The notes below the pieces were generated by a model. That model saw nothing but the letters and a program-made list of their open reading frames with translations. It did not search any database and had not been told where the DNA came from. From positions 1 to 43,005 of the IMG/VR virus record IMGVR_UViG_3300030392_001166: a DNA stretch of 43,005 bases; one strand, 5' to 3'. The position numbers were made by a program, and so were the translations under genes. This document shows positions 35,398 to 42,926 of this stretch, in pieces; position 1 is the stretch's first letter, and the number at the start of each line of letters is the position of its first letter. This stretch comes from a virus (taxonomy: Duplodnaviria > Caudoviricetes).

Positions 35398-36876
35398 TCA
35401 TCCGTACACATAGTACAGATCCGCTTTAGCTCTGGTGATTGCTACATACTCTAAGTTTCTTTCTTGCACTTGTTCCCAGGGCTGTGTCGCCATAGGATGG
35501 GGGAGTAGGTCAGGCCGGAGAAGAAATACTCTAGCAGCTTCTAGTCCCTTGGCCTTGTGGATAGTGGAGAAAGTAATCACTTGAGAGCTAGACTTGTCGG
35601 CAAAGAGTATCCCAAAGTGGGTCTTGATTCCTTCTATTGTCCACTGTTCCGTAGGAATCTTTCCCAGGACACCTTCAGCAATTCGGATATTCTCCTCAAA
35701 GACCCTGAGTTGGTATTCCTTTTTCTTTTGTATAAGGTGGGTCTGGACTTTTAGGAAATGTTTATCTAGGGACTCAAGAGATATGCCTTTGTTTTTATCT
35801 AACTTTTCAAATAGTGCCAGTAGGGATTTCTTTATATCCATGCCGAGAATTTTTACGGGGAATCCTTTTTGCATAAGATCCAGACCTGTGATTACCAGTG
35901 GCTTAGTGGTGCGACATACCACTAGGTCTCCTGGACTTAGAAGGTTCTCTAACATGTGCTCTTGAAGAGATTCCACTAGCCCTTCGGGTGCATCCAATCT
36001 AGCTTCTATGTTTGATACGAAACGCTGTGCTAGTTCTATCACATTCTTAGGGCAGCGATAGGAAATAGAAAGAGGAAGAGGTTTCATGTTAAACCTAGAC
36101 TTTAATATTCCCATAGAATTATTCATAGCTCCTTTGAATCCATAAATAGCCTGAGAACTATCTCCTACAGCTATTATGCGGGTGCTTGGCTCGCACATCA
36201 TAGTCACTAAGATATGTTCTAGACGATTAAGGTCCTGTGCTTCGTCTACGAATATATAGTCATACTTTTCGAGTGGCATGTTATGATAGAAGGGCAGAAA
36301 AAGCATATCATCAAAGTCCATTACTTTTCCCCTCTCGCCCTTCTCGAAGCAATTAATAGTAGAAAAAAAGAGCCGTATCACTAGGTTCTTAATTGTAGAA
36401 GAGGGAAGGTCGATCTGGTGTTTCATGGCTAGTTCTGGGATAGCTTGTTCAACGTCTTCCTCAGTCTCAAGAGCCTCACTTTTAAGAAGGGATACCATTT
36501 TGCAGATTGCTGTTTGGTGCTCTCTGTAGATTTCTTTCGATAACCCTTCTGTCGCGCCGCTTAGGAGATCATTCTTTAGAATGTTTTTAGACTTCTTGTC
36601 ATTTATTTTAACCCAGCCTAACTTTTCCCGACAGGCCTCGTTTCCTATGCTGTGGAAAGTCCTAGCCTGAACCTGTGGGGGAAGTCGCTCGTCTAGTTCT
36701 TCCTGGATCTTCTTATTAAAGGCTAGGAATATGGCACTCTTATCCCTAGGAACTAATCGTGCAGCCTCAACGATAGTGGTAGTTTTTCCGCTTCCTGCCA
36801 CGGCCTCTATTAGGAGGTTATTTTCTAAGTTTGGGAATTCTTCATAGATTGCAGTCTGATATTTACTAGGCTTCAT
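35398..36876 (-). CDS. UvrD-like superfamily 1 helicase
   Basis: AVAGSGKTT, FVDEAQD, GDSSQAIYGFKGA, SYRCP, TIHKAKGLE, YVAITRA. Confidence 0.95.
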   Translation of the reverse strand: MKPSKYQTAIYEEFPNLENNLLIEAVAGSGKTTTIVEAARLVPRDKSAIFLAFNKKIQEELDERLPPQVQARTFHSIGNEACREKLGWVKINDKKSKNILKNDLLSGATEGLSKEIYREHQTAICKMVSLLKSEALETEEDVEQAIPELAMKHQIDLPSSTIKNLVIRLFFSTINCFEKGERGKVMDFDDMLFLPFYHNMPLEKYDYIFVDEAQDLNRLEHILVTMMCEPSTRIIAVGDSSQAIYGFKGAMNNSMGILKSRFNMKPLPLSISYRCPKNVIELAQRFVSNIEARLDAPEGLVESLQEHMLENLLSPGDLVVCRTTKPLVITGLDLMQKGFPVKILGMDIKKSLLALFEKLDKNKGISLESLDKHFLKVQTHLIQKKKEYQLRVFEENIRIAEGVLGKIPTEQWTIEGIKTHFGILFADKSSSQVITFSTIHKAKGLEAARVFLLRPDLLPHPMATQPWEQVQERNLEYVAITRAKADLYYVYG

Positions 36877-37079
36877 TAAATATTTCCCCTGTGTCTTGTT
36901 TGCCCCACTGGAATCTTTAATAGTCTTCGTAGAGTAGATTCTGTGTACTCCCTAGTATCATAAAGGTTGTTACACTTAGTACACTTTCTAATTCTGGAGT
37001 AAAAATTTTCACTCCAACGGCTGTCAATTACACGACTTGCAGTTTTTCCACACTCTGGACAATCGAATTTTTCAATCAC
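36876..37079 (-). CDS. Zinc-ribbon protein resembling the NrdR N-terminal domain
   Basis: CPECG..SRVIDSR..RIRKCTKC..YDTRE. Confidence 0.8.
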   Translation of the reverse strand: MIEKFDCPECGKTASRVIDSRWSENFYSRIRKCTKCNNLYDTREYTESTLRRLLKIPVGQTRHRGNI

Positions 37080-37245
37080 TTCCCATTTCCTCCTCCATCA
37101 TAGCTAAGATGGCTATAAGAGTTTTGGCTATCACTAGGTTTATTAGGTTTCCTCCTTTTTCTGTATTTATTGAAACCTCATTTGGTAGTGAGTTTGTGTA
37201 TACCTTTCCTATGAGTTCTTCTATCTCTTCAAGTTTTTCTGACAT
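37072..37245 (-). CDS. Small hypothetical protein (57 aa, not in the ORF track)
   Basis: MSEKLEEIEELIGKVY...EEEMGSD; AAGGAG RBS; fills the operon gap. Confidence 0.65.
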   Translation of the reverse strand: MSEKLEEIEELIGKVYTNSLPNEVSINTEKGGNLINLVIAKTLIAILAMMEEEMGSD

Positions 37246-37261
37246 TCTAGTTTTCTCCTTT

Positions 37262-38155
37262 CTAATCTTTAACGAAAAGTACTTGGACTTCTGGTGTAGC
37301 TAAACCAAACTGACAGATAGGTAGATACTGACAGCCACCGAAGTCTCCGCACCTAGTTTGATCGCAACGAAAATACCTTGTTCTTTCTCCTTCATCCTCT
37401 ATCTCAAATCCCTTGAGAATAAAATCTGTGAGATAACAATAAGTATTAAGCCAGTCCTCTATTTGAAGAGGGCTGCGAAGGAACTGTTCTCTTCTTACGC
37501 TGTCGTCCTTAAGAGAATGAGTACCCTTAGGAAGATGGACTCCATCTATCTGGATGGCCTCACAGTGACCCAGGTGCTGTAGGACAGCATAGTAATAGGC
37601 ACTGGTTTGGAAATCATTCTCGTACTTCTTAAAATAATAAGAACTAAGGGGCCATCCAGAAGTCTTGGTGTCTACTATACATGCATGGCTTCCCTCAATT
37701 CGGATACGGTCTATTACTATTATAAGGTTAGTGCCATTAGGCATGGGAATGCTTACTGGTAGCTCGATGTATTCCGCAGGGAAATTTGCCGTGTCATTTT
37801 TGTAGACTTCGAAATAGTTACTAATACACCGAGTAAGGTTTACTATGTTTTTCTTATCATCCTTAACCCGGAGTTCCTGGGAGTGCTCTTGCCAGTACTC
37901 TATCATGGCAGAAATACCAGCTAATTTGGCATCCTCGTGAGAGAGTTCTCCTCGTACAGAATAGAAGGTCCCAATTGCCAGGTGAACCGCGCTTCCAGCT
38001 ACTAGGTGTACAGAAGTTTCCCTAGGCTTAAGGCCGACGCCTCTGGAGAAGAGTCCCTTCCTAGGGCATCTGAAATCCTCCAGAAAACTAGGGGAGAAGT
38101 TTCTATCCTCTAGATTACTCCTGGGCATCTCACTTCTAGGTGTGAGTATAGCCAT
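37262..38155 (-). CDS. Cas4/AddB-like PD-(D/E)xK exonuclease with putative Fe-S cluster
   Basis: FSPS..CPRK, G.AVH, IDRI..IVDTKT, QTSAY; C-terminal C..GGCQY..IC. Confidence 0.88.
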   Translation of the reverse strand: MAILTPRSEMPRSNLEDRNFSPSFLEDFRCPRKGLFSRGVGLKPRETSVHLVAGSAVHLAIGTFYSVRGELSHEDAKLAGISAMIEYWQEHSQELRVKDDKKNIVNLTRCISNYFEVYKNDTANFPAEYIELPVSIPMPNGTNLIIVIDRIRIEGSHACIVDTKTSGWPLSSYYFKKYENDFQTSAYYYAVLQHLGHCEAIQIDGVHLPKGTHSLKDDSVRREQFLRSPLQIEDWLNTYCYLTDFILKGFEIEDEGERTRYFRCDQTRCGDFGGCQYLPICQFGLATPEVQVLFVKD

Positions 38156-38616
38156 TAGAGACCTTCCTCTCTTAGAATCTTGATAGCTTTCCTGGCATGG
38201 ACTTTGAACTTCTGGAAGTTTCTCATAGAAAAATGTGGAACTTCTGAATGTAGTCTATTTATTACTCTGTCTTGCATTTCTTTCGGGTAATTGGTTACTG
38301 TTGAAGTACCCCACAGATCAAAAAGATTATAGAAGTCCTGGCGCATGAAAGAGTCCAGGGCAGAGAGCATCATTCTATCTTTGTTCTTCAGAGTACCAGG
38401 TGTAGCATTCTCTTCCCAAAGAATTCCATAGCGTTCTGCCATAGAGCAACCTGCAAGACAGACTTCACATTTATGCTTAAGTGGATCAGAGTGATGATTT
38501 AGTGGAAGGTGCCAGCGGTCTGGGTTCCAAGCGTATTTCTCTAGAGCGATAATCTTTTCTGCATCTCGTAAAGCTTGACCTATTCCTGTTGACATCTTAG
38601 TCGATAGCTTCTTCAT
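38155..38616 (-). CDS. Hypothetical protein
   Basis: Coupled ORF; WH..CEVCLAG possible metal site. Confidence 0.7.
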   Translation of the reverse strand: MKKLSTKMSTGIGQALRDAEKIIALEKYAWNPDRWHLPLNHHSDPLKHKCEVCLAGCSMAERYGILWEENATPGTLKNKDRMMLSALDSFMRQDFYNLFDLWGTSTVTNYPKEMQDRVINRLHSEVPHFSMRNFQKFKVHARKAIKILREEGL

Positions 38617-38725
38617 TTTCCCCCCGCCTTTCTCTTACTTTCTTCCCATGCCTATGGAACTCTAGTCCCATAATTCCTACCCCTAAACAGAATCCCATGA
38701 ATAAGCCTGTGACAAATTCTATCAC
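38597..38725 (-). CDS. Small membrane protein (42 aa, not in the ORF track)
   Basis: GTG start overlapping the upstream stop; MIEFVTGLFMGFCLGVGIMGL followed by a basic tail. Confidence 0.55.
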   Translation of the reverse strand: MIEFVTGLFMGFCLGVGIMGLEFHRHGKKVRERRGENEEAID

Positions 38726-38925
38726 TTCGAGTTCCTTTCCTTGTAGTCTTCTGCTATTTTTTGTAAGAAATCCATAAGAGCTTGTAGTACCGGGGGCTTT
38801 AGGGCTATAGAATTAGAGGGATCTTTTTCTGATTTACTTTCTATAGTTATAAGCATGTTGGGTTCCTGCCACTCTGCGTAAACGTAATGTTCAGATAATT
38901 CTGATTCTCCTAGGTATTGTCTCAT
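38722..38925 (-). CDS. Hypothetical protein
   Basis: AAGGAAAGG RBS; YLG..VYAEW..I.L.P.VL.AL pattern. Confidence 0.7.
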   Translation of the reverse strand: MRQYLGESELSEHYVYAEWQEPNMLITIESKSEKDPSNSIALKPPVLQALMDFLQKIAEDYKERNSK

Positions 38926-38959
38926 CTTAGTCCTTTCCTTTTGGCTCTTTCATAATAAG

Positions 38960-39089
38960 GTCCATCTCTAGGCATGTTTTATCCATGCTTTTCGCGGTGG
39001 GCCAGTAAGACAGAGCTACGAGGGGGAATCGCAGCCACAAAACTTACTCAGCATTTAAGTCATGTGCCATCAGACACCTGGAGATGGAC
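38960..39089 (-). ncRNA. Candidate ~130-nt nested-hairpin structured RNA
   Basis: 13-bp outer inverted repeat with one mismatch, plus nested AUGCU/AGCAU, AGUAAG/CUUACU and GGCUGCGA/UCGUAGCU helices in an intergenic gap. Confidence 0.5.
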
Positions 39090-39098
39090 TGAAACCTT

Positions 39099-39455
39099 TT
39101 AAATGTCAATTGTTTTTCCTACAACCTCTTTCTCTTTTACTTTCTTCTTAGAACCTGAGGTCTTACGATGCTCTTGTTCTCTTTTCAGGAGAAGGTTCTG
39201 GAGTTCTTCTGAACTACAGGCTTTCTTAAAGTCTTTAATCGGAGAACTAAGTACCTTCACTTGGGTTCCTAACCACTCGAATGGTATCCCTATCATGGGA
39301 TCTAGGAGGAGCTTCCCTTCCCCAATCTTAGCTATTACTTCCCCTTCTAAAGGAGATCCAGATTCGTTTAATTGTTCTCCACCATCTGATGTTAGTACTT
39401 TGACTATGTCCTCGATATCTATTCTCTCTTGCTTGTAGTCCAGGTATTTTTCCAT
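39099..39455 (-). CDS. Hypothetical protein
   Basis: GGAG RBS; acidic N-terminus and basic C-terminus. Confidence 0.7.
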   Translation of the reverse strand: MEKYLDYKQERIDIEDIVKVLTSDGGEQLNESGSPLEGEVIAKIGEGKLLLDPMIGIPFEWLGTQVKVLSSPIKDFKKACSSEELQNLLLKREQEHRKTSGSKKKVKEKEVVGKTIDI

Positions 39456-39525
39456 TTTTAGTTCTCCAAGCGTTAGTTCTTAGCCAATTCCTGTGAGCTC
39501 TCGAAATAGCCATACATGTCCCTTT

Positions 39526-39891
39526 TCATGGTCTGAGTTCGATTTCGTCATATTTGTCTATTAAAGTAGCTTGTTCCCAAGATTCATTAAAGTCTTTAAA
39601 ATACTGAAGACCCTCTTTTTGATAAATAAGGGCAACCCTGGTGGAGTCTATCCCTTTCTGTTTTGGTTTATACATTTCCCAAAGAAGACAGTTTAACCTG
39701 TCTCTGGTGGATTTTGATGGCCACCCTGCCAGAGTAATAATAACTCTAGGTGGAAAGGTTTCTTTGTCGGTCTTCCATGCTATTACGTTTCCAAACAGGA
39801 AAAGGTCTTCTCCATTTGTTTTTGTATTTCCCATTCTTTTTGGAACGCCTTTCAGGAAGGATCTTGCTATTGTAATTCCAACTTTAGTCAT
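39526..39891 (-). CDS. Hypothetical phage early protein (likely start 39891)
   Basis: NTK..LFGNVIA..ITLAGW.SKSTRDRLN resembles a recurrent phage family; ATG follows the upstream stop at 39893. Confidence 0.7.
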   Translation of the reverse strand: MTKVGITIARSFLKGVPKRMGNTKTNGEDLFLFGNVIAWKTDKETFPPRVIITLAGWPSKSTRDRLNCLLWEMYKPKQKGIDSTRVALIYQKEGLQYFKDFNESWEQATLIDKYDEIELRP

Positions 39892-39892
39892 G

Positions 39893-40264
39893 TTAGCACA
39901 CGCAGCATTCTGAAGCATATATGGGATACGCCTGGCTACCTCTCTGGTAGTCTTGCCAATTATCTTCTTCATTACTCATAATTGCGTATGCTGTATCAAT
40001 CCTAGCCTCAGGATCTAGGTCCCAGATAAAACCGAATAATTCTCCATGTACATGCCAACAAGCTGTGGAAAGGTTTCTTTGTTTAAAAAAGTAACTTGCT
40101 GAGAGTCCGTGTCCAGATCCTTTATTACTCTTAGTCTTTATGGTAAAATGTATCCATTTTCCTTTTTTCTCAGGCTCTCTTTTCCAGGTTACATTATCAT
40201 TAAATATTTTGTTTACTTCTTTCAGGGCCTGTTCCAGAACCTCTAAACTTGCTGTAGTTTTCAT
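39893..40264 (-). CDS. Hypothetical phage early protein
   Basis: ACWHVHG motif and C-terminal ECCVC, possible metal binding. Confidence 0.7.
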   Translation of the reverse strand: MKTTASLEVLEQALKEVNKIFNDNVTWKREPEKKGKWIHFTIKTKSNKGSGHGLSASYFFKQRNLSTACWHVHGELFGFIWDLDPEARIDTAYAIMSNEEDNWQDYQRGSQAYPIYASECCVC

Positions 40265-40282
40265 AGTTAATACCTAGGGAAC

Positions 40283-40549
40283 TCACACTTCACAAATAAG
40301 GAGAATGTTATCTTTTTCTCCTTCTATTCTATGGTGGGCTTCTGTACACTCTTTATGCCAGACTTCATCCCGGCACTTAGTCTGATTTCTAAGAATAACA
40401 GCTTCCTTCGGGAATACCTTTCTGGTACAGTGGTCGCAAAATACGTCTAAAGTTATATGCTGCATGAGAGAATCATTCCCTTTCCTTGCGTGAAGTGCTC
40501 TTGCCAGTGCTCTATCTATGAACCTCTTTTTGGATATGTACTTACTCAT
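40283..40549 (-). CDS. Small zinc-finger-like protein
   Basis: CDHC...WHKEC (LIM-like ligand pattern). Confidence 0.6.
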   Translation of the reverse strand: MSKYISKKRFIDRALARALHARKGNDSLMQHITLDVFCDHCTRKVFPKEAVILRNQTKCRDEVWHKECTEAHHRIEGEKDNILLICEV

Positions 40550-40661
40550 TTTCTTCTACTCTTTAGGTTCTGCTTTTGGACCTTTTAGATGTGCTTTTAT
40601 TTATTTCTACTGTCCAATCGTTTCTATTCTATTGCTTTCTATTTAGTATAGTTCCATTCTG

Positions 40662-40751
40662 TTAGAATAGTGGTGGTTCCGTTAGAATATCCGCTACCAA
40701 TAGTAGAACCACACACGCGATGCTTACTATTATTGCCCAGTATGCTGACAT
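40662..40751 (-). CDS. 29-aa membrane peptide (not in the ORF track)
   Basis: MSAYWAIIVSIACVVLLLVADILTEPPLF with GAAAGGGG upstream. Confidence 0.45.
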   Translation of the reverse strand: MSAYWAIIVSIACVVLLLVADILTEPPLF

Positions 40752-40772
40752 TTTTGCCCCTTTCTATGTATT

Positions 40773-40940
40773 TCATACTAATACTGTATCTGCTTCCAGG
40801 ATGTATGTTTCCACACTAGAGTCTAGTTTAATCCAATATTCTGTCGGTGCTACTTTTTCATTTGGACCTTCTAATTTCATTAGTATTTCTGCTTCTTGTC
40901 CAAAGAGAGGGGATGCTGGATTTGTAACCTTGAGTTTCAT
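40773..40940 (-). CDS. Small hypothetical protein (55 aa, not in the ORF track)
   Basis: MKLKVTNPASPLFGQEAEI..EYWIKLD; GAAAGGG upstream; SH3/KOW-like pattern. Confidence 0.6.
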   Translation of the reverse strand: MKLKVTNPASPLFGQEAEILMKLEGPNEKVAPTEYWIKLDSSVETYILEADTVLV

Positions 40941-40959
40941 ATTAGCTATTCCCTTTCTG

Positions 40960-41190
40960 TTAGAATAATAGCCCTAATGACGATATGTAAGGTTCATCGT
41001 TTGCCCGTCTGCTCTCTTCATGGTATACTCTAGCCATTACATCTGAATCCATTTTGGATAGTTCGTTCAAGTCAAAATGTTCTACTATTTTATTATTCAG
41101 TAGTATTATTTCCTGTTGATATGTAGGATGAACCCCGCAGCATTCGCTGTATAGTATGTCACAAACTCTCTCTGCATCTATCTTAGTCAT
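40960..41190 (-). CDS. Hypothetical protein
   Basis: AGGAAAGG RBS; YSECCG motif. Confidence 0.65.
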   Translation of the reverse strand: MTKIDAERVCDILYSECCGVHPTYQQEIILLNNKIVEHFDLNELSKMDSDVMARVYHEESRRANDEPYISSLGLLF

Positions 41191-41267
41191 TTCTTTTCCT
41201 TTCCTATGGCGTGTCGGCTCATTAATGGAACAAGTAGCAGAATCAAAAAATGTTTTTTTTTCTTTTC

Positions 41268-41603
41268 CTAGATGTCCAGGGTATAGGGTAGGCGTTCTAG
41301 TTCTGGCTTAGTTTTTCTTGGGACGTAGTGCTTAGCTTTTAGCCAGTCTGGATTACACTCCGGTTCTATAAAACGATAACCCTCTTGCGATAGGGTCAAA
41401 AAACCTTTTTCTCCTAGACGTGCGGGTAGAAATTCTGATGGTTCTGAAAAACAACCTATCTTCCATAGATAATGACCAGCTTGCGCGTGCCATTGTGGGT
41501 GCTCCTGGAAAAAGACCTTACTCCGAACATGGTAACGGTATCGACGTTCGGAGCCTTCCGTTTTTTCTGTTTGTGGAAAAAGTGTTAGTTGTTCGGTTTT
41601 CAT
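41268..41603 (-). CDS. Hypothetical protein (likely start MKTEQLTLF at 41603)
   Basis: The upstream extension overlaps a terminator hairpin; QLTLF resembles a beta-clamp-binding motif. Confidence 0.5.
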   Translation of the reverse strand: MKTEQLTLFPQTEKTEGSERRYRYHVRSKVFFQEHPQWHAQAGHYLWKIGCFSEPSEFLPARLGEKGFLTLSQEGYRFIEPECNPDWLKAKHYVPRKTKPELERLPYTLDI

Positions 41604-41609
41604 AATTCG

Positions 41610-41664
41610 AAAAAGGTAAGGAAATCGGACCAGGATGGAACACAAGGAGCACCATCCTGGTCCG
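41610..41664 (-). terminator. Terminator after the first early gene
   Basis: 13-bp perfect stem cggaccaggatgg / ccatcctggtccg followed by a U-rich run on the - strand. Confidence 0.75.
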
Positions 41665-41675
41665 GGGTTGGATTA

Positions 41676-42077
41676 TTACATGTCGTTTTGTTTTCCCTGA
41701 ATCGTAACATCATTAGATGATGCTGTATCTGACTTGGGGATGATTACCCCGTTTTTCTTGCAGTTTCTGATCCAGGAGGTATCAGACTGTATCTGTTTTG
41801 AGAAGTATGCTCCTTGAAGCATTTTCATGCTGGCCGTATGGACCGCTCGAAAATACTCCTTGTCTTCTCCTTCTTCCATGCTTTGGATTGCTTCAGCATT
41901 AATTGATCCAATTTCTTGGATTGCCCTATCCATATTAGCTTGCAGTTTGGTGTCCTTCCAGTATGCATATGGAATGCATTTTTGGATGTTTTCGGCTGTA
42001 TTTCCAGCCGCAAGCAAGTTCTCATGCGCCTTGCTTTTTTCTGAATACTTCCTGGTCTCTACTACAGCGTATGCCAT
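41676..42077 (-). CDS. First early gene, hypothetical (133 aa, likely start MAYAVVETRK)
   Basis: AGGAAAGG RBS before ATG 42077; has its own terminator. Confidence 0.75.
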   Translation of the reverse strand: MAYAVVETRKYSEKSKAHENLLAAGNTAENIQKCIPYAYWKDTKLQANMDRAIQEIGSINAEAIQSMEEGEDKEYFRAVHTASMKMLQGAYFSKQIQSDTSWIRNCKKNGVIIPKSDTASSNDVTIQGKQNDM

Positions 42078-42152
42078 AATATTTGCCTTTCCTATGTTTT
42101 GGGCTTTGCCCTGTTTGGCCGTTCCCACTTTCCGAAGTTCGCTCCGGGGCGG

Positions 42153-42671
42153 GTTGGCATTTGTGAGATTGTCGGCTTGGCCTTTCCTTAGCTTTCGCCG
42201 TAACTATGCGAACAAATTATCAAACCGTTGACGGGTTGTCTAGTTTTTTCTTGCTATTTTGGTGCGGTAATTTGTCACACTAAAATGGGATTTCTTGGCA
42301 TAGTATATGCTAACGCACGAAGTATGCCAACGCGACATTTTGTCACAGCGACAATTTGTCCAAATGGGAATCCTGGCTTGAAGTTCTTTCCCTGAAGCCA
42401 AATAGAGCCCTTTGTTGGCATTGTTGGCGTAATGTTGGCATTTTGCAGGAGACATTTTGTCTCACTTTAACGAATAAGAAAATATATAAATACTTATATA
42501 CTAACACTTTATAATATATCGTTAAATGTTTGTTAACGGTTGTTGGCATGTTGGCGTACCCCGGTGTGATATTTGATTTATCACGCTAAGACACGCCAAC
42601 ATGCCAACATTGGCATAACTTCCTGGCACCCAAGGGTTTATGTGTTGGCGTCGATGCCAACAGATGCCAAC
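42153..42671. repeat. Cluster of 12 GTTGGC motifs (both orientations) and three GACA-N3-TGTC palindromes
   Basis: GTTGGC at 42153, 42414, 42423, 42434, 42542, 42550, 42644; GCCAAC at 42326, 42595, 42603, 42656, 42666; GACA-N3-TGTC at 42334, 42350, 42451. Confidence 0.85.
42302..42330 (-). promoter_or_regulatory. Putative early promoter
   Basis: TTGGCA-17 nt-TATACT on the - strand; the same sequence also fits sigma54-type GG-N10-GC. Confidence 0.55.
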
Positions 42672-42926
42672 ACCAATATATCTAATACTATGCCGAGACT
42701 ATTACTTTAAGTGATAAGACTTTCAGATCCTCCCCCTGGCTGAAAACCCCGGTACCCTAGCGGTAATCTTAGCGGTAGGATTAGATATATTCTAGACGTT
42801 ACCCTTGCCGTTATCTGGTACGCCTAAGCTGACAGTTGTTTTGCTATTCTATCTCCTGTTTTATATATATACCAAATAATAGGCATAGGGGCCAATATCG
42901 CCCAGGGGGTTATTTTTTATTCATTA

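Noticed and set aside
37262-38155. CRISPR-Cas system suggested by the Cas4-like nuclease
   Set aside because: No repeat-spacer array or other cas genes; the Sak4/SSB context indicates a phage recombination exonuclease
38960-39089. Hammerhead or twister ribozyme (CUGAUG...CGAAA; UUAAAUGC...GCAU)
   Set aside because: The core reads CUGAUGG rather than CUGANGA, stem I is not adjacent to the core, and the twister P4 loop and pseudoknots are missing
42400-42680. Mini CRISPR array
   Set aside because: The repeats are only 6-9 bp, occur in both orientations and lack regular unique spacers
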